Assembly: GCA_051294375.1 (NCBI GenBank)
Contig: CM119264.1
Span: 17,919,157-17,983,156, forward strand
Reading direction: 5' to 3'
Length of the DNA stretch: 64,000 nt
Origin: Paraspadella gotoi
Lineage: Eukaryota; Animalia; Chaetognatha
Position 1 is the stretch's first letter, and every line of letters begins with the position of its first letter. Below, one piece after another: positions 40,018-61,600 of the stretch. The notes below the pieces were generated by a model, which saw only the letters and a program-made list of their open reading frames with translations, was not told the origin of the DNA and did not search any database. A program made the translations under genes and the position numbers.

Positions 40018-42079
40018 TCAACTTTAAACTACTAAATTTATGTAATTCATACAAAGCACTGATGAAGAACGAAATGCACGTTCGAACATGTCTGCTCTTA
40101 CAAAATAAAATTCGTTGGAAAAACTAAAAAAAATGTTATTTCGTCTAAGCATATAGAGTCGTACTGTGATTTATCTTGAAAGAAAACAGTATGAGTAAAG
40201 TATGAGTTAAAAATACTAATTGGAAAAAGAGATCACGAAAAAAATAAATAGAGTGAGAGGCACAGCAAAATTTTTCATAAAAAGTCTGAATACCAAGTGG
40301 TAAAATAAATTAAATATTCTCTGAAGACAGAATAAAGCTTTAAATCAGAATTATGCTGAAATTTACAAATGCCCAAAGTTGGAATCTTACATCAGGCTTC
40401 CGTTGTTTGCTCAATATTCATAAAAAAAAGTATACTAGCAATTGGAAAAATTAATAAAATGTTAATTAAGTTATAACTTTTATACCGTTCATTATCAATA
40501 CATTCTAATAATCATTTAATATTTTCACAATTTTTGGCGAGAATTTTTGTCACTCGATTGCTTTTCTATATTTTTGACACAACTCTAAAAATGAAAAAGG
40601 TTGGTGACTGGATGGGCAGAAATCAAATAGAAGAAATGCAGAAATAAAATAATCAATATATTATTCATAAACGGTGTAAAAAGTTTTATTTGTTTGGTCA
40701 GTCGAAAATAAGAATTTTATGAGAAAAAATATTAAAAAATAAATCATTACGATTCCTAACTTAAACAAAAGGTGAATCTGAATTTTTTTTATGACTTTGG
40801 TTAGCATGAAACCTATCCATACAAACGTCGAAAAAAGTGAAATCCCTAAAAAGAACAAATATGATTCATACATTATGAATAAACGACAATTTGATTCTTG
40901 TAAAAGGTCAATGGTTCCAAACCGTAAGATCTTAAAAATATATTTTCCACGTCTTTCCTAACTCAGATTTATTTTTGTCAGAAAGGATACAAACGGTAGG
41001 CCACTAAAACAATCCAATTGGGCTCAATCTGCCAATGAGCACAATAAGTCCGATCAATTTGAAAGACCATTTTTCGCCCAGTGATAAATACCGTCCAGCT
41101 TTTTCTACAAATGCCTCCAGAAATGAGATCACAAAGTTCATGCAAGAAAAGCGCAAGGAAAATTGGTCATTGTTGTAAAGCTTCTGTAAAGTTGTTCTTT
41201 AGATGAGAATAAAAGGTTTTTGTCTATTTTTGGTAGCACCACTTTTTTTTGCAGTGACTCAACCCAAGGTTGAATATGAGCTTATATTTAGAGTCGCGTG
41301 TAAATTGAGGCTTATGATAGTCAGGGGCATCAAAAAAGCTGTCAAACAAAAACTATTTTATCCCGTTTGTTTCTTGTCGACAATAAAGAAAATGCATACA
41401 ACCCAGCAAGACTGGAATCCAAAAGCAAAAGCCACAGAATCGTTGAATGCTGTGGTTCAGAAACTATTATTTCCCAGGCTGTGGTAAAACCCCAAGCCCC
41501 AGAGGCTTATGCTTAGCTATGTAAGCATCGCATGACATCATTTCATCTTTAAAATGTACCTTTGCCCATCGGGTTTTGTCAATCAATCCTCTGGTTGTAA
41601 AACAAACATATTTTTAATGCCGAAGTAGAAATCAAAGGTGGTGGATATTTCTCATGTGATAAACTAATTAGGATTTGGAACGGCGACTTATTTCTTCTTA
41701 GTCTTTTGAGTAACCAAAGTTGGGTTCCATGATTTCTTCTTTGTACTTTGAAAAAAGAAAGAGACTATAAAAAAGTCCACGAAGTCATAAGGAGAAGTTG
41801 AGCAAGAGAAGTTGTCGCTTTGCTGAATGTTTTAAAAAAACATTTTTTTCATTGTACTGATATGATGGAAATCATATTTTACTGTGGGTATTGCTCGGGT
41901 TCACCCGCGCAACAACTTTTTTTCCTCAGCATTATCAAATAGAAAAAAATTTAATAAGTTAAAAACTTATCAGCAGATCTCGACTCTATAACCACTTTGT
42001 GGGTCTGTCGTCATTATCTTAGAATTATGATAATTATGCATTGTGTTTTTTTCCTTTCTGTTTCGTTGTGATTTGATTT
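40018..42079. repeat. Near-identical direct duplicate of 33613-35731
   Basis: Colinear sequence differing mainly by 1-bp indels. The first copy ends at the 25-N gap. Confidence 0.92.
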
Positions 42080-42125
42080 AGAACAAAGTTTGAAGAGAGA
42101 TTTAACAACGATTTTATTTCAAGTG

Positions 42126-42172
42126 AAACGGACATGTTTCGACTCACATACGAGTCTTCTTCAGCGCCAATT
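42126..42172 (-). ncRNA. Minimal hammerhead ribozyme in the 3' pLTR
   Basis: The reverse complement reads ggcg-CTGAAGA-a-gactc(gtatgt)gagtc-GAAA-catg-TC-cgtt. Confidence 0.82.
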
Positions 42173-42334
42173 CAATTTGTGAATTTGAAGAGAATTTTGT
42201 GCATAAGAAAGAGAGAGAGAAGAGAAGAGAGACAGAGCAAAGTTTCCAACACAGAGTTTGAGAGAAAAGGATAGTGTTCAGTTTTTTAGGGACAGGTGAA
42301 GGTGAGGACAGAGATAGTTTGTGAAAAGAAATTG

Positions 42335-42376
<42 letters not shown>

Positions 42377-44782
42377 TGCCTTAAAATATATTACATTATG
42401 AAATGTACAACAATGTTAAAATTTGGTAAACTTTAATAATGAATTAATCAACAATTAGCTACAGTAATAAATTAGTGAAATGAAATAGAAGTTCAGAATG
42501 TGAAATATTTATTGTTAGTGAGGATAGCTAAGTAATTAGAAAAGGGAAATTTCAAGTAATAGAAAGAGCTCAAAAATGAGCTGGCCCCCCTTGGTTATGA
42601 ACAAATGAAAGGCTAGATTGATAAGGTCGGGTCATTGGTGTGTCATTGGCTGAGAGGACAGGTTGGTGGAGCCTACTAGTGCAGAGCTGGGAAGACTTCC
42701 TTGCGGGAAGAACCAAGGCTACTCGGATGTCTCTCTGGCCTGGTACGCCTGCCGACTGCCCTCTTCTTGCCTGCTGGCGAGGTGGGCGGCTGTCCATTCT
42801 TGCCACTTTCGCGACAGGAGTGGTGGCCTCCCCCCTTCCTCCTGCAGCCGTCGCTTTGGGCGGCGCTCAGTCCACAGAGGAAGGGAATGAGTTGCTGCAG
42901 TTGAAGGAGAGGTATCGTCTGCCCATTGCCTGCGCAAGGGTCTCCGCCTATCTCGTTGAGTGGAGATGGGGGAATCATTGTGCGGACGTGGTGGAGACGG
43001 GGCCTCCACCACGCTTTTGATAAGCGAATCATAGCTTGGAGGGAGAATCGAATCGTCCTCCATCACGTTCAAAGAGGGCTCGAGGGCTTTGATGTAGATT
43101 GCCTCTCTAATACCTCTTGAAAACCAGCTTGGGTCATGGGACAGCACGAGACAGTCTGATTCTCTGAATAGATGGCCAGTATTAGCCGTGTGTTCGGCTA
43201 TAGCAGATAGGTAGTGGCCTCTAGCGTCACGATAGGGTCTCGTATGCTGCTGGAATCGGTCTGTTAGAGACTTTCCTGTCTCGCCCACGTATGCTGCTGT
43301 GCAGGCTGGTTGCCGCCCCTGCACAGGCCGCCCAATAGACGGCTCCTGATGTTTTCGGTCTGGGGATTTTATCTTTCGGTTTCACCAATAGCTCACGCAA
43401 GGAGCCGCGGGCCGTCACTGAGGTGGAGATCCCTGCTTTGCTAGCACCCCACCAATGACTCAGTGATCCCCTGGTGGTAGGGGAGGGACAAGTGACCCAC
43501 GTTCTTTGGGCGCTTCTGCTTTCTCAATTGCGCTGTGGTGGGCGCGGTAGGCACTTCAGCAGCAAGCTCCCTTTCTGCCTCCTGGGGACGGAGGTAGAAA
43601 CTGCATCAGCGGCTACTTGGGCAGCCCCTAGGTGGCCACTGCCCTCAACAGACACGCCCGGTACCTAGCCCTCTTGAAGGCCCACAATGGGTAACCATTG
43701 ATCGCCAAGGCTCTTTTGACGTGCTCAAGCTCGGCGGCCTGAAGCTCGGGGTCGACGGAATCAATGCTGCTCTCCTGGTAAGGGACTGACCGTGGCAAGC
43801 TTGTGAGATAAGGGCGCATGAGAGTCAAAGGGATGTATTGGTCTGTGTGCGTCGGTTTGCGATATACTGAAAAATCCAATGAGCCACCTCTTTGCGCTGT
43901 ATAAGCACATCGAGCATTGGAATTGACCATTCTCCTCTTTCTCACATGTCCACTTAATACTCACATGAATCCCATTCAGGTGATTCAGGAGATCCTCAAT
44001 GAGGTCTCGTCTCACGGCCAGGATGGTATCGTCTGCTTTCCGATACCAGAAGAGGATTGACTCTGCCCCATGCAACGATCGAAAAGAGGACAAAGCTTCC
44101 ACCTCATAGTCCTCCATATAGAAATCTGCCAGAGGACTTGATGTCGACTTGCCCATCCCTAAGCCACCAGGCTGGGCGTAGTACTGTCCATCGAACCTGA
44201 AGTACGCCAGTTCCAGGTCGAGCCGTAGCAGTGCCATGATGTCATCCAATTGGATTGGCGTACGCTCGTGTAATTGCCGGTCTTCCTCAAGCGGCGTTCT
44301 GCTGATTGTAACGCCAATTCTTGGGGAATATTTGTAAACATGCTCTTTAAATCACACGAGACCAAGAGATGAGTATCGGGCACTATAATATGCTGCAGCT
44401 TTTCCGTCAGATCAACAGAGTTCCGGAGGTGGTGTTGATTACCAACGAGCGGAGTGAGGATGCGCCCCAACTCCTTCGTCATTCCATTAAAAATGGAATT
44501 GCGGGCTGATACGATCGGGCGTAATGGTAAACCGGGCTTATGTACCTTCGGCTGACCGAAGAACAAAGGAGGCTGCGTAGAGTCAGGATTGACTCTGTGA
44601 AATACTGACGGGGGACAGTACTCACGTATTCTTTTCGTTACGGTCTGAATCCGAGCTCTGTAAGCTAGAGTTGGATCCTTACTGTAGCTAATTGTTGATA
44701 TTATTCATTATTAAAGTTTACCAAATTTTAACATTGTTGTACATTTCATAATGTAATATATTTTAAGGCACTGTCTCTCTCT

Positions 44783-44819
<37 letters not shown>

Positions 44820-44981
44820 CAATTTCTTTTCACAAACTATCTCTGTCCTCACCTTCACCTGTCCCTAAAAAACTGAACACTATCCTTTCTCTCAAACTCT
44901 GTGTTGGAAACTTTGCTCTGTCTCTCTCTCTCTCTCTCTCTTTCTTTATGCACAAAATTCTCTTCAAATTCACAAATTGAA

Positions 44982-45028
44982 TTGGCGCTGAAGAAGACTC
45001 GTATGTGAGTCGAAACATGTCCGTTTCA
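44982..45028 (+). ncRNA. Minimal hammerhead ribozyme in the inverted pLTR
   Basis: ggcg-CTGAAGA-a-gactc(gtatgt)gagtc-GAAA-catg-TC-cgtt. Confidence 0.82.
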
Positions 45029-45632
45029 CTATGAAATAAAAATCGTTGTTAAATCTCTCTTCAAACTTTGTTCTAGATAAATTATGCAAAATTATGTCCA
45101 TCCGTCTGTCTGCCTGTCCATCCGTTCCGTCTGTCAGTCCTTCCATCCGAATGAAATTTTGTGAGTAGGTGTATCATTGAGCTGAATATAAAGTTTCAGG
45201 GGAATCGTGCGAGTGGAAATTAATTTAAATGGAAAAAAAAGCAACATTTACTTAAAAATTTTTATCAATCTTGACTCATAATTACTCTAATAAATCATAA
45301 TTTGATGGATATATTAAGATGAAGTTTTGTGTGTGTTAGTAAAATGTGTGATTGATGAAGATATAAAGATAAAAAATAAGGAGAAAAAAAGGAAAAGAAA
45401 GAAAGAAAGAAAAAAAGAAAGAAAGAAAGAAAGAAACTATCTAGAGCAGATACGACATTGTTAGCCCAAACTTGTTATTTTCCTTATAGAAAATGTGAGG
45501 ATAGTTGTAGGCCATCTTCCGGACTGGGAATTATGCTTGTGGGGTTGCTACAACCCCAGGTCGGTTCACAACCATCTTTGAACTTCCAGTTGGCATCGAA
45601 CCTCGGACCTCATAGTCAATAAGCTGATGAGT

Positions 45633-46520
45633 TTAATGAGCCTCCGAACTCGAGAAATGCCCGCTACAGACCAACAAACTATCCTTCAACTCGGCCATAG
45701 TAAAAAGTCGCAGCAGAAGAGTCGGTCCAAGAAAGCACAACCAGATGTTTAATTTGAGAGTCCAAACATAGACGAGATAGACAAAGATGACTATGGCGAC
45801 GACGCCCTGGACCAAACCCAACACCCCGGTCGGGGACGCCAATTTTCCACGAGATTTGGCCGCGTATGACGCCAATCCGATGGTGGAGAGCGAAAACGAA
45901 ATTAGCGTTTTGTAGTTGTTTATCTTCCATGTGCAATATTCGAGCATGTTCAATCCTACAATCTCACAGCGACACGGTTCGGCGGTCTCGAACATTGACC
46001 CATTTTCGACGATCCTATACAGTATGCGTTTTTTATCCCTACCCATGCATAGTTCGGTGGTCCCGCTTGTCAGGGCCACGACCTGAGCCGAAGCCTGCAA
46101 CAGCAGCTGGGGAAAGGACTCCAGCAATACGTGGAGAAACTCGAAGGCTTCGAGGCAGCGGAGTTTAGTCAATGTCGCCATCGATGGTTGGTCGTTATTT
46201 TGCAGTCTGTCGTCTAAATGTTTATCGATGGCAAAGACAACATTGGCAAGGCCAAGGACGCACATGGTGCCCATTGCCAATTTGCGCCACCAAGTGCCAT
46301 TTATACGAGGATACAATGCCGCCTCGCGTCGCAAGCTACGCAACGCTGTGATACTAGAAACGCCGGCGTGTGTTGCCAGGACGAAGGCCATAGCGGCGCC
46401 CAGATGTCGCTCGAGGTAAAAATCAAGAAAACAATAGTGAATCGTCGTTTCAACGTCGGTGACGACGTCAAAGACGCTGAGGACGACGACGACGATGAGA
46501 GAAATCAGTTGCGTCTTCAT
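45633..46520 (-). CDS. XK-related (Xkr) multi-pass membrane protein, 295-aa ORF, possibly only exon 1
   Basis: XK-family motifs FDVVTD after TM1 and LLESFPQLLLQ, plus several hydrophobic helices. Confidence 0.72.
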   Translation of the reverse strand: MKTQLISLIVVVVLSVFDVVTDVETTIHYCFLDFYLERHLGAAMAFVLATHAGVSSITALRSLRREAALYPRINGTWWRKLAMGTMCVLGLANVVFAIDKHLDDRLQNNDQPSMATLTKLRCLEAFEFLHVLLESFPQLLLQASAQVVALTSGTTELCMGRDKKRILYRIVENGSMFETAEPCRCEIVGLNMLEYCTWKINNYKTLISFSLSTIGLASYAAKSRGKLASPTGVLGLVQGVVAIVIFVYLVYVWTLKLNIWLCFLGPTLLLRLFTMAELKDSLLVCSGHFSSSEAH

Positions 46521-46551
46521 TTTGGAGAAATGAGATCGAATGAGAGGCGAA

Positions 46552-46589
<38 letters not shown>

Positions 46590-46676
46590 CAGAGAGAAGA
46601 TATCACATGGCCTCTTTAATTTATAAATATAATTAGAATGATCAAAGTCATTAAAAAAGTAATATGATATTTCGTC

Positions 46677-47400
46677 TGTAATGAGAAAAATAATAACATC
46701 GTAGGAGTATCAAGCCACCAAAAGCAAATCGGATCGGAGACTCGGGCGATCTCCGCGGAAATGGAATCGCCGAATCCTGATTGGTCAAGCATGGAACCGG
46801 ATTCGTCCAATCAGCTTGCAGTATCATCGGAACTGTAAATTTTACCCACGTCGCCGATCCTCTTCCTTAGTTATAAATAGACCTAGCTTGTCTAAGTTTC
46901 AGTAGCATTGACTCCTGCGTGTGTCTCACCGTCGCCTTCATTCTCAGAATAAAATTCTCTTCCTGATTTCAACCTTAGAAATCCATGAGTTTTTCCTTAA
47001 ATGTGGTGACAGGACTTCTGGGCAAGACTCACCACTCCTCTGGAAAGGCCAAAGCCTCCAACGACCACGCCACCCCAAATGGACCCCGTCCCTTCCGCCT
47101 CCACCGGGCAAGGGCCTCCACCCCTCCCGCCTCCTAAAGGATAAAACGACGCCGAAATTTGGTTTCAGAGGAGACGACGACGACGACGACGACGACGACG
47201 ACTTGGTGCACTTGGAAGCACTGCGGAATCACGACTAAAGGTGGAATCATCGCAAAACAAATTATGCAAATCGTAACTGAAACCAACTACCACAATCAGC
47301 CGAAGATGAGAGGCCGGTCGTGGGTAAAAAGCCTAATTCCATGCTCACGACCCGTTCCATTGCTGCTGAGGGGCTATAGCCTATACGAGTAGTGACGCCG
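46677..47400 (+). mobile_element. Degenerate LTR-retrotransposon 5' end (LTR-like, PBS-like, gag N-terminal remnant)
   Basis: TATAAATA (~46873), AATAAA (~46948), TGGTGACAGG (47004), then a gag-like NDAEIWFQ...CGITTK. The LTR lacks a clean CA end. Confidence 0.38.
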
Positions 47401-47850
47401 CCATTTCTTTGATTATTGGTATACTATACTTTAGGAGGAGAAAGCAACCATCTGTATTAGCTATGCGTTTTTAAAGCTTCTGCCTTTCATTTTACTCTTT
47501 GCATAGTTGGGGATGGCGCAATCTCAGTCCGTCTCCATTCAATCCACCATTTGAACTTCAGGCTCCGGTTCTTAAAAAAAAAAAAAAACTCTATCTTTTC
47601 TATTTTAATAATTTTATTAATCAATTATCGATTTTTCGATCTGTCGGTCTAACCAAATTATTCTGATGGCAAAAGATTACATAAGTTTTAAAAAATATTG
47701 TATTAGAAAATATAAAGGGTAAAAACATAACAACTTTTCTATATAGACTTTATAGTATATTCATTTTTCGTCCATTAAACTAATTAGAGTTGCTTTATTT
47801 TTACTATAACACTTGTTAAGATAAACATTGTAAACTTAAAGAGGACAAAA

Positions 47851-49210
47851 ACAAGTTTGAGCAAACAATGTCGGATCTGCCCACGATAATTAAGCGGTAA
47901 TCAGCTAAATAAATAAATAAATACAAAAATAAATAAAAAAATAAATTAAAAAAATGAATAAAAATAAATAAATAAAAAATAAATAAATAAATATATAAAA
48001 ATAAATAAATAAAAATAAATAAATAAAAATAAATAAATAAAAAAATATAAATAAATAAATAAGTAAATACTATAGTAAAAATAATTACAAATAAAGTACA
48101 AATAATTAAAACTATTAAAACTATAAAACTAAAATTTTTTTTCTACTTTTTTTACTCGCATCATTCTTTCAACTTGCATCATTCTTTCAATTTGCATCAT
48201 TTTTTCAACTTGCATCATTGTTTTAACTTGCATCATTTTTCAAATTGCATCATTTTTTCTCTTAATTAATTGATTAATTAATAAATCAATTAATTTATTA
48301 ATTAAATAGTAGAAATAATTACAAATAAAGTACAAATAATTAAAACTATTTAAACTATAAAACTATTATTATTTTTTCCACTTGCATTTTTTTTACTTGC
48401 ATCATTTTTTCAACTTGCATATTTTTTTCAACTTGCATCATTCTTTCAACTTGCAACAATCTTTCAACTTGCATAATTTTCTCAACTTGCATCTTTCTTT
48501 CAACTTGCATCTTTCTTTAAACTTACATCATTCTTTCTAGTTGCATCATTCTTTCAACTTGCATCATTCTTTCAACTTGCATCATTCTTTCAACTTGCCA
48601 CAATCTTTCAACTTGCAACAATCTTTAAACTTGCATCATTTTTTCAATATGCATATTTTTTTAACTTGCATCATTTTTCAAATTGCATAATTTTTTCACT
48701 TTATTAATTGATTAATTAATAAATTAATTAATTTAAAAAATCATGAGTAAGCATAAATTATAAAAATTCAAGTCAACTTGACTTAGGTTTTTTCCATGCA
48801 AACTCATTTCCACTCCTCGATTCCATCGAAACTTTATATCGTGCTCAATCACACACTTTCCTACCCACACACAAAATTTAATCTCAATCTATCCATCCAA
48901 TTATGATTAATTCGATTAATTATGGATTAAAATTATTAAAAAGATTTAAGTTAATGTGACTTATATTTTTTCCATTTAAACTCATATCCACTCGCTCGAT
49001 TCCATCGATACTTTTTATCCAGCTTAATCACACACTTTTCTAACCATACACAGAATTTAATTCCAATCCATCCATCCAATCACGAGTAATTGCAGTTTTT
49101 TCTAAGGGGGGGCGGACAGACAGACAGACAGACAGGGGGACGGACGGAAATAATTTTTTTGCTTTAGGGGTGGAACCGACTGACCGACAAAGTGAATTAT
49201 AGAGTCGGAA
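47851..49210 (-). mobile_element. DINE/HINE-like repeat expanded by internal (AAAT)n and 18-bp (TTTCAACTTGCATCATTC)n arrays
   Basis: Both family termini are present in reverse: ACAAGTTTGAGCAAACAATGTCGGATCTG at 47851 and GACCGACAAAGTGAATTATAGAGTC at ~49182-49206. (GACA)n lies near 49115. Confidence 0.65.
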
Positions 49211-49299
49211 TAAGCTGATAATGCACTAATGGCCTTTGTCGTTGTGTGATCTGTGGCAACTAGTAACTTAGCTGTTATGCATCAATTGTGATTAGCAAC

Positions 49300-58648
<9,349 letters not shown>

Positions 58649-58673
58649 NNNNNNNNNNNNNNNNNNNNNNNNN

Positions 58674-61600
58674 AAAAGGAGAGATAAGTAAAATAATTAA
58701 AACTATTTAAACTAATAAAACTATTATTATTTTTCAACTTTGCATTTATTTTTACTTGCATCAATTTTTTCAACTTGCTATTTTTTTCAACCTTGCATCA
58801 TTCTTTCAACTTGCAACAATCTTTCAACTTCATAATTTTCCTCAACTTGCATCTTTCTTTACTTGCATCTTTCTTTAAACCTTAATCATTTCTTTTTAGT
58901 TGCATCATTCTTTCGAACTTGCATCATTCTTTCAACTGCATCATTCTTCAACTTGCACAATCTTGTCAACTTGTCAACAGATCTTTAAACTTGCAGCGTC
59001 ATTTTTTCAAATAATGCATATTTTTTAACTTGCATCATTTTTCAAATTGCATAATTTTTTCACTTTATTAAATTGATTAAATTAAATAATTAATTAATTT
59101 AAAAAATCATGAGTAAGCCATAAATTATAAAATTCACAGTCCACGTTGACTAGTTTTTTCACAGTGCAAACTCATTTCACTCCTTCGATTCATCGAAACT
59201 TTTAATATCGTTCAATCACACACTTTCCCCCACACAAATTTAATCTCAATCTATCCTCCAATATGATTAATGTCGATTATTATGGTTTAAATTATTAAAA
59301 AGATTTAAGTTAAATGTGACTTATATTTTTTCCATTTATAAACTCATATCGCACTCGCTCGATTCCATCGATACTGTTTTATCCAGCTTAAATCACACAC
59401 TTTCTAAGCCATAACACAGAATTTAATTCCAATCCATCCATACCAATCACGAGTAATTGCAGTTTTTTCTAAGGGGGGGCGGAACAGACAGACAGACAGA
59501 CAGGGGGACGGACGGGAAATAATTTTTTTTGCTTTAGGGGTGTGAACCGACTGACCGACAAAGTGAATTATAAGAGTCGGAAATAAGCTGATAATGGCAC
59601 TAATGGCCTTGTGTTGTGTGATCTGTCGGCAACTAAGTAACTTTAGCTGTTATGCATCAATTGTGATTTAGCAACTTATGTACAGAGGACTTGATTTGTG
59701 TTGCCAGCTTAGTTAAATTTTATCATCAGTATCTCTGCTTCTCTCTCCCCCTCTCCTCTCTACCCACACCGGGTAGAACGGGCTTCTTGCCAAGGTCTAC
59801 GTCGATTCCTTCCGTCTTTCGTCTTTTCTCCTTTGTCCTTTAACTTTGTCCTTTTACTTTCTTTTTTCTTCCGCGGCGCAGTTGTCCACTAAGTCGTCTT
59901 TGTTCTAGTTTTTTCCGCCATCGCTTCCATCATCATGATCGTCCATCGTCGACAAAAACATCAATCATCAAAAATCCGTTTTCATCATGCATCATCATCA
60001 TCATAATCATCAATTAAGTAATCATCATAATCATCGTCTTCAGTCCATCATGCATAATCATCATCATTATCATCATCATCGACTGGTCGGTCGCCGCGCC
60101 GTACGACTGTCCTCATCGAAATTTCGCTCTCACTCTCTTTTTGCTCCCATTTTTTTTCTTCTTTCGCGATTTGCTTTTTTTTTTCTTTCAGAATTTCCAT
60201 TTGTCTGCTGGGCGTTTTTCTCCATCTTTCCATTCTCCTTATTTCTTCTTTTCTTGTGATCCGCTAGATCTATTTCTCTCTCTAAATTTTTTCTAAGCAC
60301 ATTTCCAATACTGTTTTCTTATTTTTTTTTATCATTTACACTACTAGTGCACTACTGCCTCTCCGTATTTTTCTTCCGCTTTCATTTTCTATTCCTCCTT
60401 TTTCTTTTTTTCCCATTTTTGGGTTTTCCCTTTTTTCGCGTCATTTTTTCCACCGTGCCTCCCTGTCGGCAGCTTTTCATTTCCCTAGTTCCACCTTCCA
60501 TCATTTCTTTTTATTACTCTTCTTTCTATATATATTCTGTGTATATTCCTCTTTTCTTCGTGCATTTGCCACCAATTGTTTTTTCCTTTCCAATCAACGT
60601 TTTCCGTTTTTTTTTCTTCTTCCCTCCCGTTTTTCTCTCTTATTTAACCCTTTTTCCCTTTCTCGCTCGTTTTGCTCCCTTAGTTTCTACCTTCTAAATC
60701 TCCTACTTTCTTTCCGGCTCCTCCCTTTCTCCCCGGTCGGCGCGTGCCATTATCCAACTTGTGTTGCCAAAGATCTTTCAGGTCGGCCGCAGGGACAAGT
60801 AGTTTTCCGACGGCAGGAGCGGCGGCGGCGTTGGCAATCGGCTGCTGCGGCCGTCGGCGGCGGAGGACGACGCGGCGGCGGCCGAAGGTGAATCCCTGGT
60901 CTGTGCTGGTGGCGGCGTCGAAGTGGAAGGAATGGAAGGGGAGAAGAAAGAGAAAAGAGAGAAAAAGAGATAGAGAAAGAATTTAGTTGGGAAGTAAAAC
61001 ATGGTCGAATTCCAAAATAATGATGAGTGAAAAAAAATAGGGATATGGAAAAAAGTGCGAGGTTAAAAGCTTAGGAGACATGCAAAAATAAAAGGTAATG
61101 TTAATTTCATAAATAAACTGGTGTTTTCATTCTTATTAAAAATGGAAAGATAACAAATCAAAAAGGGGACAAGTCTCAAGAGAAAAACTCGCGCGTTTAA
61201 AAAATGATAGAAACAGACAAGAGGGTGAGAGAGAGATGCAGGGGCGCCGGAGATGTCAAAACTTCATAACTAATGACTCCTCAAAAGTGTTTGTTGTTTC
61301 ATTCTGGCTTTAATTGAATTATTTCATTTTTTTTTTTTCAACACTTCGTTTTAATTGATTTCCATCTCGTAGTGGCGCCGGCAAAACTAAATGTCGGAGA
61401 TTCAACCAACGAATGTAATATGAATTTAATATGAATTTAATACAACTGCATGATAAATAATAAAAAATTTACTACAAATTTAAAGCTAATAATTAAGCAC
61501 TAAAATTCGGTCTATATTGTAAAAAGTAAATTGTTTAAGAGTGATTAAATATATATTTCTTCTTTCATTTGTGGAGCTTCACTAAATAAAACGTCTTCAC

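Larger units (their letters stand above)
42041..45075 (-). mobile_element. Penelope-like retroelement (RT plus C-terminal GIY-YIG), 5'-truncated, with inverted pLTRs
   Basis: RT motifs DPT, FFGQPKVHKPGLPLRPIVS, VSCDLKSMFTNIP, GLGMG, WYRKADD, VYRKPTHTDQY. Endonuclease GAVY...YVGETGKSLTDRFQQH...SAIAEH...GH...REAIYI. Inverted repeats 42079-42467 and 44679-45075. TSD GATA(A)ATTATGCA. Confidence 0.93.

Noticed and set aside
48150-48700. Regular 18-bp repeats resembling a CRISPR array
   Set aside because: Head-to-tail tandem units without unique spacers, in eukaryotic context inside a dispersed repeat, with no cas genes.
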